A stretch of 64,000 bases of DNA, taken from the NCBI GenBank assembly GCA_003246205.1, contig QKBC01000021.1:106398-170397 (forward strand). The letters run 5' to 3'. The stretch is from Flavobacterium haoranii. GTDB lineage: Bacteria; Bacteroidota; Bacteroidia; Flavobacteriales; Flavobacteriaceae. Both the position numbers and the translations under genes were made by a program. Positions within the stretch are counted from its first letter, which is position 1. Each line of letters begins with the position of its first letter. This document shows, piece by piece, positions 20,549-32,818 of the stretch. The notes under the pieces were generated by a model. It was not told the origin of the DNA, did not search any database, and was given only the letters and a program-made list of their open reading frames with translations.

Positions 20549-20929
20549 TTATCGCTGCAAATTTTTTGCTTCGATACTCATGGTTGCATGAGGAACTATT
20601 TTTAAACGCTCCTTACCAATTAATTTCCCTGTTACTTTACAAATACCATAAGTTTTGTTCTCAATTCGAATTAAGGCATTCTTTAAATCTCGAATAAACT
20701 TTTCCTGACGTATGGCTAACTGAGAATTGGCTTCTTTAGACATGGTTTCGCTTCCTTCTTCAAACGCTTTAAATGTAGGAGACGTATCATCTGTCCCATT
20801 ATTCAAATCGTTCATGTAGGCGCTTTTAATCAAATCTAAATCTGCTTTCGCTTTTTCGATTTTGGCTAAAATCAACTCCTTAAATTCCGCAAGTTCAGCA
20901 TCGGAATATCTTACTTTCTCGTCTACCAT
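20549..20929 (-). CDS. TraR/DksA-family protein
   Basis: AL.RI...TYGIC..TG..I..ERL..VP.AT pattern. Confidence 0.88.
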   Translation of the reverse strand: MVDEKVRYSDAELAEFKELILAKIEKAKADLDLIKSAYMNDLNNGTDDTSPTFKAFEEGSETMSKEANSQLAIRQEKFIRDLKNALIRIENKTYGICKVTGKLIGKERLKIVPHATMSIEAKNLQR

Positions 20930-20937
20930 AATTTCGA

Positions 20938-23900
20938 TCATTTAGAAATTAATACTATTGTTTTCAAATCGTCAAACTCAATTTCCGTACCATTTTCTAT
21001 TTGGTCCACAAAAACAAGTTCGTTTGTTAAAGTTTCGGACTTGATGTAACCTTCATTTGCTTTAACAGCTTGTTCAATCTGATCGTTTTTTAGCAATTGA
21101 ACTTTAATCTTATCGGTAACTTCAAAACCAGAATCTTTTCTAATATTTTGAATTCTGTTCACCAGCTCTCTTGCTATACCCTCATTGCGCAGAGCATCTG
21201 TAATGGTAATATCAAGTGCTACTGTGATACCATCTGCATTTGCTACTAGCCAGCCCGGAATATCTTGTGATGAAATCTCTACATCTTCGGTTGTTAAGTT
21301 AATACTTTTTCCCGAAATGTCAAGTGTTATTTCACCTTGTCGCTCTAACGCATTGATCTGTTCCTGAGAAAAATTTTGTATTTCTTTGGAAATCAACCCC
21401 ATATCCTTACCAAAACGTGGCCCAAGTGCTTTAAAATTAGGTTTAATCTGTTTTACCAAAACACCTGAAGCATCGTCCATTAACTCCACTTCTTTAACAT
21501 TTACTTCCGCTTTAATCAAGTCTGAAACTGCTTCAATCTCAGTTTTAAAATCAGCGTCAAGTACAGGAATCATAACCCTTTGCAACGGCTGACGCACTTT
21601 TATCATCTCTTTTTTACGCAATGACAAAACTAACGACGAAACCGTTTGTGCTTTCAACATCCTGCTTTCCAAAGATTTATCAACAAACTTTTCAACATAT
21701 TTCGGAAATTCCGCCAAATGTACACTTTCAAAAGCTTCAGTTTGTGTCGTTAAAGTTAAGTCTCTGTAAAGTTTATCCATAAAGAACGGTGCTACCGGAG
21801 CAGAAAGCTTAGCTACTGTTACTAAACATGTATATAGCGTTTGATATGCTGCAATTTTATCTTGTGCATATTCGCCTTTCCAGAAACGACGACGACACAA
21901 ACGAACGTACCAGTTACTCAAATTCTCCTGAACGAAGTCAGAAATAGCTCGAGTTGCTTTTGTTGGTTCATAATCTGCATAACATTCGTCTACAAATTGG
22001 ATTAACGTATGTAATTCCGATAAAATCCAACGGTCAATTTCCGGTCTTTCTTCTAGCGGTACTTCTGCCTCAGCATATTTAAATCCGTCGATATTAGCAT
22101 ATAACGCAAAGAATGAATAGGTATTATACAGGGTTCCGAAGAACTTACGACGTACTTCGGCAACACCTTCAAGGTCAAATTTTAAATTATCCCAAGGATT
22201 GGCATTCGAAATCATGTACCAACGCGTAGCATCGGGACCGTATTCGGCTAAAGTAGTAAACGGATCGATCGCATTTCCTAAACGCTTCGACATCTTTTGT
22301 CCGTTTTTGTCCAGAACCAAACCATTTGACACTACATTTTTATAGGCTACACTATCAAAAACCAAAGTTCCGATAGCATGTAGTGTATAGAACCATCCAC
22401 GAGTTTGATCGACTCCTTCCGCGATAAAATCAGCCGGATAAGTTTCATGCTTGTCTATATATTCTTTATTTTCAAAAGGATAATGCCATTGTGCATAAGG
22501 CATAGAACCGGAATCAAACCAAACATCGATCAGATCAGATTCACGCTTCATCTGTTTACCTGAAGGTGAAACTAACACAATATTATCGACTATATTTTTG
22601 TGTAAATCGATTAAATCGTAATTGGTTTCCTCCATATTTCCGATTTCAAATCCTTTATACGGATTCTCTGTCATGAAACCGGCTTCAACTGCTTTTTCAA
22701 TGGCGTTGAATAGTTCTTCTACCGAACCGATACAAACTTCTTCTGTTTTATCTTCTGTTCTCCAGATAGGCAATGGAATTCCCCAATAACGAGAACGTGA
22801 TAAATTCCAATCATTTGCATTTTTCAACCAGTTTCCAAAACGCCCTTCTCCGGTTGCTTTTGGCTTCCAATTGATGGTTTCGTTCAACTCGAACATTCTA
22901 TCTTTTACCTCAGTTACTTTAATGAACCAAGAATCTAATGGATAGTATAAAATAGGTTTATCGGTTCTCCAGCAATGCGGATAACTGTGTACGTATTTTT
23001 CAACTTTGAACGCTTTATTTTCTTCTTTTAAATGAATCGCTATTTCAACATCAACTGACTTCTCAGGTGCTTCTCCGTCATTATAATATTCGTTTTTCAC
23101 ATATTTTCCAGACAAATCGCCTAAACCCTCAATGAATTTGCCTTGTAAATTAACTAACGGAACAGGATTGCCGTTTTCGTCTAAAACTAACATTGGCGGT
23201 ACTTCCGGAGTAGCTTCCTTAGCCACTTTAGCATCATCTGCACCAAAAGTAGGTGCCGTGTGAACAATACCGGTACCGTCTTCTGTAGTAACGAAATCAC
23301 CTGAAATTACTCGGAAAGCACTTTCAGGATTTTGGTACGGTAAAGCGTAAGGTAATAACTGTTCGTATTTAATACCAACCAAATCAGCTCCTTTGAATTC
23401 GGCTAAAATTTGATACGGTATTTTTTTATCTTCCGCTTTATAATTCGCAAAATCTTCTTCACTTTCAGCAGCAAAAAACTTACCGCCAAATTGTTTTCCA
23501 ACCAAAGGTTTTGCTAAAACAACATTAATTGGTTCAAAAGTATATTGATTGAAGGTCTTTACTAAAACATAATCAATTTTTGGTCCAACCGTTAATGCGG
23601 TATTACTTGGCAATGTCCAAGGTGTTGTCGTCCACGCTAAAAAATGAATGGTTCCGAAACCTTGTAAAAAATCAGGCAACGTTGCTTCAACTGCCTTAAA
23701 TTGGGCTACAATCGTAGTATCGCTTACATCGCGATACGTTCCCGGTTGGTTTACTTCGTGAGAAGACAATCCGGTTCCGGCTTTTGGCGAATACGGTTGA
23801 ATAGTATATCCTTTGTATAATAAATTTTTATCGTAAATCTGTTTTAGCAACCACCAAACCGTTTCCATATATTTAGGTTTGTAAGTCACATACGGATCTT

Positions 23901-24339
23901 TCATATCGACCCAATATCCCATTTTTTCAGTCAAGTCATTCCAAACGTCCGTATAGCGCATAACGGTACGTTTACACGCTTCGTTGTATTCAGTTACTGA
24001 AATTTTGGTTCCAATATCTTCTTTGGTGATACCCAATTCTTTCTCGGTTCCTAATTCTACCGGAAGCCCATGTGTATCCCAACCTGCTTTACGTTTTACT
24101 TGAAATCCTTTTTGGGTTTTGTAACGACAGAAAATATCTTTAATAGAACGTGCCATTACGTGGTGAATACCCGGCAATCCGTTAGCCGAAGGCGGTCCTT
24201 CGAAAAACACATAGGGTGCATTTCCTTCACGAGTAGTTACACTTTTTTGAAAGATATCATTTTGTTTCCAAAAATCTAAGACTTCCGTTGCTACATTTGG
24301 CAAGGCAAGTCCTTTGTATTCAGTAAATTTTGTACTCAT
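20938..24339 (-). CDS. ileS: Isoleucine--tRNA ligase
   Basis: EGPPSANG..GIHH, GWDTHGLP, WTTTPWT, KMSKR. Confidence 0.98.
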   Translation of the reverse strand: MSTKFTEYKGLALPNVATEVLDFWKQNDIFQKSVTTREGNAPYVFFEGPPSANGLPGIHHVMARSIKDIFCRYKTQKGFQVKRKAGWDTHGLPVELGTEKELGITKEDIGTKISVTEYNEACKRTVMRYTDVWNDLTEKMGYWVDMKDPYVTYKPKYMETVWWLLKQIYDKNLLYKGYTIQPYSPKAGTGLSSHEVNQPGTYRDVSDTTIVAQFKAVEATLPDFLQGFGTIHFLAWTTTPWTLPSNTALTVGPKIDYVLVKTFNQYTFEPINVVLAKPLVGKQFGGKFFAAESEEDFANYKAEDKKIPYQILAEFKGADLVGIKYEQLLPYALPYQNPESAFRVISGDFVTTEDGTGIVHTAPTFGADDAKVAKEATPEVPPMLVLDENGNPVPLVNLQGKFIEGLGDLSGKYVKNEYYNDGEAPEKSVDVEIAIHLKEENKAFKVEKYVHSYPHCWRTDKPILYYPLDSWFIKVTEVKDRMFELNETINWKPKATGEGRFGNWLKNANDWNLSRSRYWGIPLPIWRTEDKTEEVCIGSVEELFNAIEKAVEAGFMTENPYKGFEIGNMEETNYDLIDLHKNIVDNIVLVSPSGKQMKRESDLIDVWFDSGSMPYAQWHYPFENKEYIDKHETYPADFIAEGVDQTRGWFYTLHAIGTLVFDSVAYKNVVSNGLVLDKNGQKMSKRLGNAIDPFTTLAEYGPDATRWYMISNANPWDNLKFDLEGVAEVRRKFFGTLYNTYSFFALYANIDGFKYAEAEVPLEERPEIDRWILSELHTLIQFVDECYADYEPTKATRAISDFVQENLSNWYVRLCRRRFWKGEYAQDKIAAYQTLYTCLVTVAKLSAPVAPFFMDKLYRDLTLTTQTEAFESVHLAEFPKYVEKFVDKSLESRMLKAQTVSSLVLSLRKKEMIKVRQPLQRVMIPVLDADFKTEIEAVSDLIKAEVNVKEVELMDDASGVLVKQIKPNFKALGPRFGKDMGLISKEIQNFSQEQINALERQGEITLDISGKSINLTTEDVEISSQDIPGWLVANADGITVALDITITDALRNEGIARELVNRIQNIRKDSGFEVTDKIKVQLLKNDQIEQAVKANEGYIKSETLTNELVFVDQIENGTEIEFDDLKTIVLISK

Positions 24340-24476
24340 TTTGTCGTTTGCTTAAATCGATTTGCGAAAGTAAGGATTTTTAATAAAAGAGAACAAAAAA
24401 TAGGCTGAAGAGAGCTGATTTTTATCTGAAAACAGGAAATTTTAAGTCTTTTTTAAAGATTATTGTTCTTTAATTA

Positions 24477-25187
24477 TTATCCAAAGACTTCTTTTAAAAC
24501 ATCTAAAGATTTAGGTTTCCGGAAACCTTCGATATTAAAACTGTAGTAGTCTAATATAATTTTAAGCAGTATTTGTCTTTGATTTCCTGAAAATACTTTT
24601 TGATCGTCTGAAAATTTCAGTTGAAGTAACGTTTTAAATAATGTTGTTTCTTCTTTTGATAAGCAGGTAAGGGATTGAAAAGGAACGAAGATTCCTTCTG
24701 TCATTTCGAAAAAAGGTAGATCAACATCAGATTGCGGATAAAATCCTAAATAACGTGTTAATTGTAACAGGGTGATTAAATGAAAATTAGAAACTTCATC
24801 ATGCGAATCGAGCCACGTTAAGGCTGTTTCTAAAAACGTAAATAAGGTTTCATTTTTTCCGTCTTCTTTCAGCGCATGATGTAAAACGTCTGAAAGAAAA
24901 AGTGTAATTGTTGTTTTGTAAATATCCTGATGAATTGTTTGGTACGGTGTTTCTATCTGGACTTCTTTAAACCGCTCGAGAGTTCCTTTATTTTTATGAT
25001 AGGCTTCAATCCCTAAAATGGTCAAAGGCTGAAAGAATGAACTTTTTTGCTGGTTTCTCTTTCCGGTATAAGCATTGGTTATGAAATAAGATTTCAAACC
25101 GTCAGAAACTGTCAGGCATTTTACAATTAAGCTTTTTTCCTGGTATTTTAAGGATGAGATAACAATCACTTTGGTTTTGACCAACAT
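24477..25187 (-). CDS. recO: DNA repair protein RecO
   Basis: KYQEKSLIVK OB-fold start, LGFYP, KPKSLDVLKEVF end; conserved position next to porZ. Confidence 0.88.
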   Translation of the reverse strand: MLVKTKVIVISSLKYQEKSLIVKCLTVSDGLKSYFITNAYTGKRNQQKSSFFQPLTILGIEAYHKNKGTLERFKEVQIETPYQTIHQDIYKTTITLFLSDVLHHALKEDGKNETLFTFLETALTWLDSHDEVSNFHLITLLQLTRYLGFYPQSDVDLPFFEMTEGIFVPFQSLTCLSKEETTLFKTLLQLKFSDDQKVFSGNQRQILLKIILDYYSFNIEGFRKPKSLDVLKEVFG

Positions 25188-25198
25188 ACAAGAACTAA

Positions 25199-27484
25199 TT
25201 ACCTGATAATCATCACTTTTTTAACTGTAGTGTCCATTCCGTCTTCGGTTGCTACAAAAATCATGTATACTCCCGATGCCACTCTATGCTTACCAAAAGC
25301 GGTTCCATCCCACTCAATTGTTCCCCCAGCCGAGGTAGTTTCGAAAACCAGATTTCCTTCTATATCGGTTATTTTAACATTTGCTTTATCCGTCAAACCG
25401 GCCACTTTTATTGTTCCGGCATAATTAGGACGCACCGGATTAGGATAAATATATACATTTGCCAAGTCATCACTCGGTTTGGTAGAAGTTCCTAAAAAAG
25501 ATACCATTCCTTTATCAGTAGCAAAAAATATCTCACCGGTAACTCCGTCAATTTCAATATCATTTACATTGTTACTTGGTAATGGCGAATTGTTCTTATT
25601 AAACTGATATATGGTTTTCTGTCCGTTTGAAGACACCAAAAACACGCCTCCGTCAGCTACCGAAACCCATTTTCTATTGGCTCCGTCTACTTCAATATCG
25701 ATTAATGATTGCTGATAGAAAAGCTCCTGTGCTAAATCTCCTTCTTGTATTACAATATTATTAGTTGTCAATTCTTCTTGCTGTAAAAATGTATTGACAT
25801 TAGACAAAACTCTTAATCCTCTGTATGTAATGATCCAAAGCTGGTTATTATTGTCAATCACTACCTTTCTAACATCATTATCCGGTAAATTTGCAGTTTC
25901 TGTATCTAACACAATATATTTATTCTGTGTTTCATTGTAAGCCAACAAACCATCATTCAATGTAGGAAGCCATTTGGTTAAATTATTATCTATTGCCATG
26001 CTTCCGTAACGACCAGTGTCGATATTAGTCAGGATATTGGAAAGATTGTATGACTGCCATTGTCCTCCAGATCGCAATACTTTTAGCCCTCTGTCTACAA
26101 AAGCATTACTCATCCATAAATTTCCTTCTTTGTCAAAGGTTAAACTATTAATCCTGATATCCACATAATTAGGATTACCGCTTAAAACAAGAGATTCCAA
26201 TCCGTTTGGTCCCGTGTTTTGATTATTGTATAGAGCAATGCCGTCTCCGTTGATCTTCAACAATCCGGAGAAATATGAAGCAATGTATACTTCATTTGAA
26301 TTATTAGGGTTTAAAGCAATATCACACAATGATTTTGCCTGATAAACATCATCGTATGGTATGAGTTCCCAGCCATTTTCACCGGAATATTTACTTACAC
26401 CAAATTCATCTAACGGATATGGATTATACAATCGAGTATAATCTCCGTAAACGGCCCAAAGGTAATTAGGTGCTTTTTTCAAGCGAAAAATATAGTTCCT
26501 AACCGGTCCGTTAGGTGATAAATTTTCAAAGGATAAAAGATTTGATAACGAAGCTGAAAAAAGCCCATTAGCAGCTGTTCCAATGAAAATCTGATCATTT
26601 ACAACCGTTGCAGCTGTAAAAGTCACTGAATAATCCGGAATGTTAGTAATATGTGCTACCTGAATAAATGAATCGTCTAAAACATATACATTATTCTGAG
26701 TAGTTACTGTCAAATACCCCTGATTTACTTTTAAAGTTCGACCTGTTTGATTATGATTTAGGATCTCCACAAAACTACTCCCATTATACCTATAAGTTCT
26801 GGAGTTCGTTTTCATCGCTACCAATTGATTATTAAATGTCGCTATTCCATTCCAATATCCCGTATCAAAAGTCTGCCATTGAGAAAAATCGTAAATAAAC
26901 GGATTGCTCACTGTTGCTTTCCTGATTCCAAACTCTTGTGTTGCTGCATATAATTCATTATTGTAAACCGTTGTCTGGTATACTTTGGTTTCTTCTCCTG
27001 AAGTCCCAATAAAATAGGTAGAAATAAACTCATTTGTGGAAAGATTCAACACCGAAATGCCATAATCACACGAAATATATAGTTTACCATCATATTCATA
27101 GAAACTATTCACTCTTTTAATATTAGGTGCTACAGGAACTTCTTCAATAATATCTACTTTAGTGATAACGGTTCCATCTGAATTAACAATTAATAATAAA
27201 CCATTTGAATTTCCTGCAATCAACTTTTTAAAACTATCAGAGTAATAGATAGTCGTAATATCTTCGGGTTTAAATCCGCTGATGGAATTTATCTGTTCTA
27301 CATTTGAGAGTAGTAAATCTTTATAAAAAGCAGAGACTTCTGTAGTAGCATATATTTTATTTGTAGCGGAGGCAACATCTACTATTTCATTATATGAAAA
27401 ATATCCTTTCCACAACTGATTATTCTGTGAAAAAGAAAAGGGAACACAAATTAATAGCGCAAGGGCAAAAAAGATATTTTTCAT
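25199..27484 (-). CDS. porZ: Type IX secretion system PorZ-like beta-propeller protein
   Basis: Propeller repeats (NSPLPSNNV), T9SS C-terminal domain YIYPNPV...SGVYMI...KKVMIIR. Confidence 0.8.
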   Translation of the reverse strand: MKNIFFALALLICVPFSFSQNNQLWKGYFSYNEIVDVASATNKIYATTEVSAFYKDLLLSNVEQINSISGFKPEDITTIYYSDSFKKLIAGNSNGLLLIVNSDGTVITKVDIIEEVPVAPNIKRVNSFYEYDGKLYISCDYGISVLNLSTNEFISTYFIGTSGEETKVYQTTVYNNELYAATQEFGIRKATVSNPFIYDFSQWQTFDTGYWNGIATFNNQLVAMKTNSRTYRYNGSSFVEILNHNQTGRTLKVNQGYLTVTTQNNVYVLDDSFIQVAHITNIPDYSVTFTAATVVNDQIFIGTAANGLFSASLSNLLSFENLSPNGPVRNYIFRLKKAPNYLWAVYGDYTRLYNPYPLDEFGVSKYSGENGWELIPYDDVYQAKSLCDIALNPNNSNEVYIASYFSGLLKINGDGIALYNNQNTGPNGLESLVLSGNPNYVDIRINSLTFDKEGNLWMSNAFVDRGLKVLRSGGQWQSYNLSNILTNIDTGRYGSMAIDNNLTKWLPTLNDGLLAYNETQNKYIVLDTETANLPDNDVRKVVIDNNNQLWIITYRGLRVLSNVNTFLQQEELTTNNIVIQEGDLAQELFYQQSLIDIEVDGANRKWVSVADGGVFLVSSNGQKTIYQFNKNNSPLPSNNVNDIEIDGVTGEIFFATDKGMVSFLGTSTKPSDDLANVYIYPNPVRPNYAGTIKVAGLTDKANVKITDIEGNLVFETTSAGGTIEWDGTAFGKHRVASGVYMIFVATEDGMDTTVKKVMIIR

Positions 27485-27551
27485 TGTTAACTACTTTTTA
27501 CAAATATAGTATAAACGAAGGAATAATAATTTCGGTATATGAAACATAAAA

Positions 27552-27575
27552 AAAGGTTCTCAATTGAGAACCTTT
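27552..27575. terminator. Terminator after gdhA
   Basis: AAAGGTTCTCAATTGAGAACCTTT perfect palindrome. Confidence 0.7.
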
Positions 27576-27597
27576 AGTATTGAATCTTTTTATTAGC

Positions 27598-29004
<1,407 letters not shown>

Positions 29005-29165
29005 CTAATTATAAAAGTAGTTATTTTTTTGACAAAATTTTATCAATTTGCTAATTCCCCTGATACTCAGATTTTTTTTAATATTTTTTAAAGAGAATTT
29101 TAATATTTTTTTTTGAAGTGTACATTGTTTTTATATATTTGTCAGATAATAGAAAACTTTTAGTG

Positions 29166-29945
29166 ATGACTAAAAAAATAAAACACCTACTGTTATTGTT
29201 ATTTTTGGCTCCCCTTACCATTCAAGCCCAGTTTGGTTTTTCACATGAAATCGGAGCATTTGTTGGAGGAGTAGCTTTTCAGTCTGACTTCGGGGTTCGT
29301 CACGACTTTAAGACAAACGCCGGAAATACCGGGTTTGCTATTGGTTTAGTTCATTACCTGAACTTCTCTTATCGTGCAGAATGTAACTGTTACACTCCTG
29401 ACACTTATTTTAACGACCACTTTAAACTTCGTTCGGAGTTATCTTATAATAGCACTAAATTAGAACACTTTGGTGAGTGGGCTGATAAAAACACCATTTA
29501 TGGTGCTCAGCTAAAAGCTATGAAGGGAGAAGCTAAAGTGACTGATATCGGTATGCAATTAGAATATTTCCCTTGGAGCATTAGAGAATTTACCGCTACT
29601 GAAGGATCTTGGGCTCCTTTTGTTGCTTTAGGTGCACATTTCTCTATTTTCCAAAACAATACTTACTCTGATTTAGGTCCATTAGGAACGCCATTGACAA
29701 CTTACCCTGATTACTTGCCTGATGGTTGGTCAACAGACGGAGGAACAACTTGGTCAGTGGTATCTTCAGTCGGTACTCGTTACAAATTAACAGAGTTATC
29801 TGACTTATTTGTTGAACTACGTTGGCAATACTATTTTTCTGACTGGGTTGATGGTTTAAGAAAAAATCCGGATATCTATAGTGAAAATAAAGCTAATGAC
29901 TGGAACTTATGGTTTAATTTTGGATATATTTACTATCTTGACTAA
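29166..29945 (+). CDS. Outer-membrane beta-barrel protein (THC0290_0291-like, DUF6089-related)
   Basis: Signal peptide, alternating aromatic strands, SDWVDG and ANDW motifs, aromatic C-terminus. Confidence 0.7.
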   Translation: MTKKIKHLLLLLFLAPLTIQAQFGFSHEIGAFVGGVAFQSDFGVRHDFKTNAGNTGFAIGLVHYLNFSYRAECNCYTPDTYFNDHFKLRSELSYNSTKLEHFGEWADKNTIYGAQLKAMKGEAKVTDIGMQLEYFPWSIREFTATEGSWAPFVALGAHFSIFQNNTYSDLGPLGTPLTTYPDYLPDGWSTDGGTTWSVVSSVGTRYKLTELSDLFVELRWQYYFSDWVDGLRKNPDIYSENKANDWNLWFNFGYIYYLD

Positions 29946-29960
29946 AAAAACTACTTTTAT

Positions 29961-30008
29961 ATAAAAATAAAAAAGCCTTGAAAATTTTCAAGGCTTTTTT
30001 ATTTTTAT
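29961..30008. terminator. Bidirectional terminator (48-bp perfect palindrome)
   Basis: ATAAAAATAAAAAAGCCTTGAAAA|TTTTCAAGGCTTTTTTATTTTTAT between convergent genes. Confidence 0.85.
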
Positions 30009-30017
30009 CACTTTTAT

Positions 30018-31166
30018 TTATCTTAGAGCTTGTTCCAAATCTTGTAATAAATCTTCAATATCCTCTACTCCAACACTCAAACGAACCATATCGTCCGTGA
30101 TTCCTACTTCTGCTCTCTTTTCTGCCGGAATTGAAGCATGTGTCATTAAAGCCGGATGATTTGCTAAAGATTCCACACCACCTAATGATTCTGCAAGCGT
30201 AAACACTTTTACTTTTTCAAGGAAATGAACTGCATCTTGTTTTTGACCTGAAACAAAAGTAAAACTAACCATACCACCAAAACCACCTTTCATTTGTTTT
30301 GCAGCAATAGCATGATTAGGATGAGATTCTAATCCTGGATAATATACTCTTGCAACAGCTGGGTGAGCATTTAAATACTCTGCTACTTTTTGACCGTTTT
30401 CGCAATGGCGTTGTACGCGTAAATGCAATGTTTTGATCCCTCTTAATACTAAATAACTATCCATAGGTCCCAGAGTTCCGCCAGTTGCAAATTGGGCAAA
30501 ATGTAATTTTTCGCCTAATTCTTTATCTTTTACAATAAGAGCTCCTGCAATAACATCAGAATGTCCTCCTAAATATTTTGTAGCAGAATGCATTACTATA
30601 TCAGCTCCTAGATCAAGAGGACGTTGTAAATAAGGCGTTGCAAAAGTATTATCTACTGCAAATATTACATTAGGATATTTTTTAGTGATTTTAGCTACTT
30701 CCTCAATATCTGCCAACTTCATTAACGGATTGGTTGGTGTTTCAACCCATACTAACTTTGTCTTTTCATTCATCAAAGCTTCTAAAGCCGCCAAATCGGT
30801 CATGTCTACAAAGTGAAACTTAATTCCGAATTCACTATAGATACGGCTAAACATTCTGTAAGTTCCGCCGTATAAGTCATCCATTGCAATTACTTCATCT
30901 CCTGGTTTCAATAATTTTAAAACAGAATCTGTAGCTGCTAAACCAGAAGAAAAAGCTAATCCTCTTGTTCCGTTTTCGATGCTAGCCAAAGCTTCTTCTA
31001 ATGCTGTTCTGGTTGGGTTAGCTGCTCTACTATATTCATATTCCCCAACTGGTTTACCTGGAGAAACCTGCGCAAAAGTTGATGTTTGAAAAACAGGTGG
31101 CATTACTGAACCTGTAACTTTTTCATGATGTTGACCACCATGTATTGCTTTTGTGTTGAATTTCAT
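30018..31166 (-). CDS. Cystathionine gamma-synthase/gamma-lyase
   Basis: YSR..NPT, ETPTNP, DNTF, HSATKYLGGHSD, SLGGVESL. Confidence 0.93.
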   Translation of the reverse strand: MKFNTKAIHGGQHHEKVTGSVMPPVFQTSTFAQVSPGKPVGEYEYSRAANPTRTALEEALASIENGTRGLAFSSGLAATDSVLKLLKPGDEVIAMDDLYGGTYRMFSRIYSEFGIKFHFVDMTDLAALEALMNEKTKLVWVETPTNPLMKLADIEEVAKITKKYPNVIFAVDNTFATPYLQRPLDLGADIVMHSATKYLGGHSDVIAGALIVKDKELGEKLHFAQFATGGTLGPMDSYLVLRGIKTLHLRVQRHCENGQKVAEYLNAHPAVARVYYPGLESHPNHAIAAKQMKGGFGGMVSFTFVSGQKQDAVHFLEKVKVFTLAESLGGVESLANHPALMTHASIPAEKRAEVGITDDMVRLSVGVEDIEDLLQDLEQALR

Positions 31167-31199
31167 ATTTTCAAAATTTTATGGCACAAAGTTAGCCAA

Positions 31200-31658
31200 T
31201 TATACAAACTTTTTAAGTTGTAATATAACACCAACGTGTAATGCTTCATGATAATTATTGAACTCGAAAGCTTCTTCTACGTTGTGAATGGTAAAATTTC
31301 CGGTTTGGGTAGTATATTCCATAAAGTTTTTAAATATACTATTTTCGTAATCTTTTTTAGCTTTTTCAACGGTCGAAAACAATAAAGATCTTATCTCATC
31401 TACTTCTTTTTGAGTAGCCGGCTCTTCCGGTTTTGTTCCTTTTTGATATTTAGCAATCAGTTTATCAGAAACCACCATAGGAAGCCCTGATAACTTATAG
31501 ACCAAAAGCTGTTGCGTTACTACTATATGCCCAATATTCCAAATAATATTGTTTTTGAAATTATCCGGAATTTTATTAAGTTGGTCTAAGCTTAAATTTT
31601 CTAAAAAATTTTCCAGAAAGTTTCTACTGGTTTGATTGACTCTAAAAGTTGTTTCCAT
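31200..31658 (-). CDS. DinB family protein
   Basis: NNIIWNIGH and HEALH metal-binding His. Confidence 0.85.
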   Translation of the reverse strand: METTFRVNQTSRNFLENFLENLSLDQLNKIPDNFKNNIIWNIGHIVVTQQLLVYKLSGLPMVVSDKLIAKYQKGTKPEEPATQKEVDEIRSLLFSTVEKAKKDYENSIFKNFMEYTTQTGNFTIHNVEEAFEFNNYHEALHVGVILQLKKFV

Positions 31659-31667
31659 TATATATTT

Positions 31668-32105
31668 TTATAACATTATAAAATCGTCTGCTTTAGGAAA
31701 TGTATTCATTACTTTTTGTATAATTTCCGGAACAGGATTAACTAATTTACGCAACTTAGTATCTAACCAAGCTCCATCTACCGAGATCACTGCACATAAC
31801 TCTTCTTTTTCATTCTTTAATTCATGTACAATAGTCCAACGGGAAGCATCAGGCTTCATTTTTCCTATTTTTGTATTTATAGTTATACGATTTCCCAAAT
31901 GAATTTCTTTTCTGAAAATACATTCTTCACGAAAAAGAACCGGGCCAAAATGCCCTTGTTGCATTACTCGTAAAGTTAGCCCCTGTTCTTCTAAAATTTC
32001 GATTCGGTGCTGGGCGCCGAAATCGTAATAAGCACTATGACGTAAATGGAAATTAGGGTCTAAATCTGACCAACGAATTGAAATCTCTTTTGTAAAAACA
32101 CTCAT
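31668..32105 (-). CDS. Acyl-CoA thioesterase (4HBT-like)
   Basis: IRWSDLDPNFHL hot-dog motif. Confidence 0.85.
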   Translation of the reverse strand: MSVFTKEISIRWSDLDPNFHLRHSAYYDFGAQHRIEILEEQGLTLRVMQQGHFGPVLFREECIFRKEIHLGNRITINTKIGKMKPDASRWTIVHELKNEKEELCAVISVDGAWLDTKLRKLVNPVPEIIQKVMNTFPKADDFIML

Positions 32106-32206
32106 TTTTTATAAAGTTTATTCAAATGTAAATAGATTTTTTTGTCTACATTGCAATAAAGCTCATTTTAACTAAAAGCTTATTTTTGTAAAAAACTTTG
32201 AATACT

Positions 32207-32557
32207 ATGCGTAAAATTTATTACTTAAAAACCTGTGATACCTGTAAAAGAATTTTACAATCGATCCCTAACTTAGATTCTTTTGAACTTCAAGACATAA
32301 AAGAACAGCCTATAACTGTTAAGCAATTAGAAGAAATGCACATGCTTTCTAAAAGTTATGAAAGCTTATTCAGTAAAAGGGCTAAATTATACAAAGAAAT
32401 GGGATTAAAGGATGAAAAGCTTTCTGAAAATGATTTTAAACGCTATATTCTGGAACATTATACTTTCTTGGCGCGACCTGTAATCATCATTGACCAACAG
32501 ATCTTTATTGGCAATAGCCCGAGAAATTTAAAGGCATTGGCAACTTATTTTAATTAA
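32207..32557 (+). CDS. ArsC/Spx-family protein
   Basis: CDTC and LARPVI motifs. Confidence 0.85.
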   Translation: MRKIYYLKTCDTCKRILQSIPNLDSFELQDIKEQPITVKQLEEMHMLSKSYESLFSKRAKLYKEMGLKDEKLSENDFKRYILEHYTFLARPVIIIDQQIFIGNSPRNLKALATYFN

Positions 32558-32708
32558 ATTTTATTAAAATTTCTATATCTTTTTCTTTTAAAAACGATTA
32601 TTTTTCTTAAATTCGCTTAACTATGCTCGAGATTTTTCGGGCTAAAGTTTTAATTTGTTTTTCCGAAAAGGTTTTGTAAATCCTTACTATAATTATAAAG
32701 CGTTATAT

Positions 32709-32740
32709 AAAGTCAGATTATCCCATAATCTGGCTTTTTT
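32709..32740 (+). terminator. Intrinsic terminator
   Basis: AAAGTCAGATTAT-CCC-ATAATCTGGCTTTTTT, G-U pair valid on plus strand. Confidence 0.65.
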
Positions 32741-32818
32741 ACTTTTACAAACGATAATACTTCAGATTTTGGGTTATCCGACACAATTAATTACTTTTGT
32801 AGACTATTTAAAATATAT

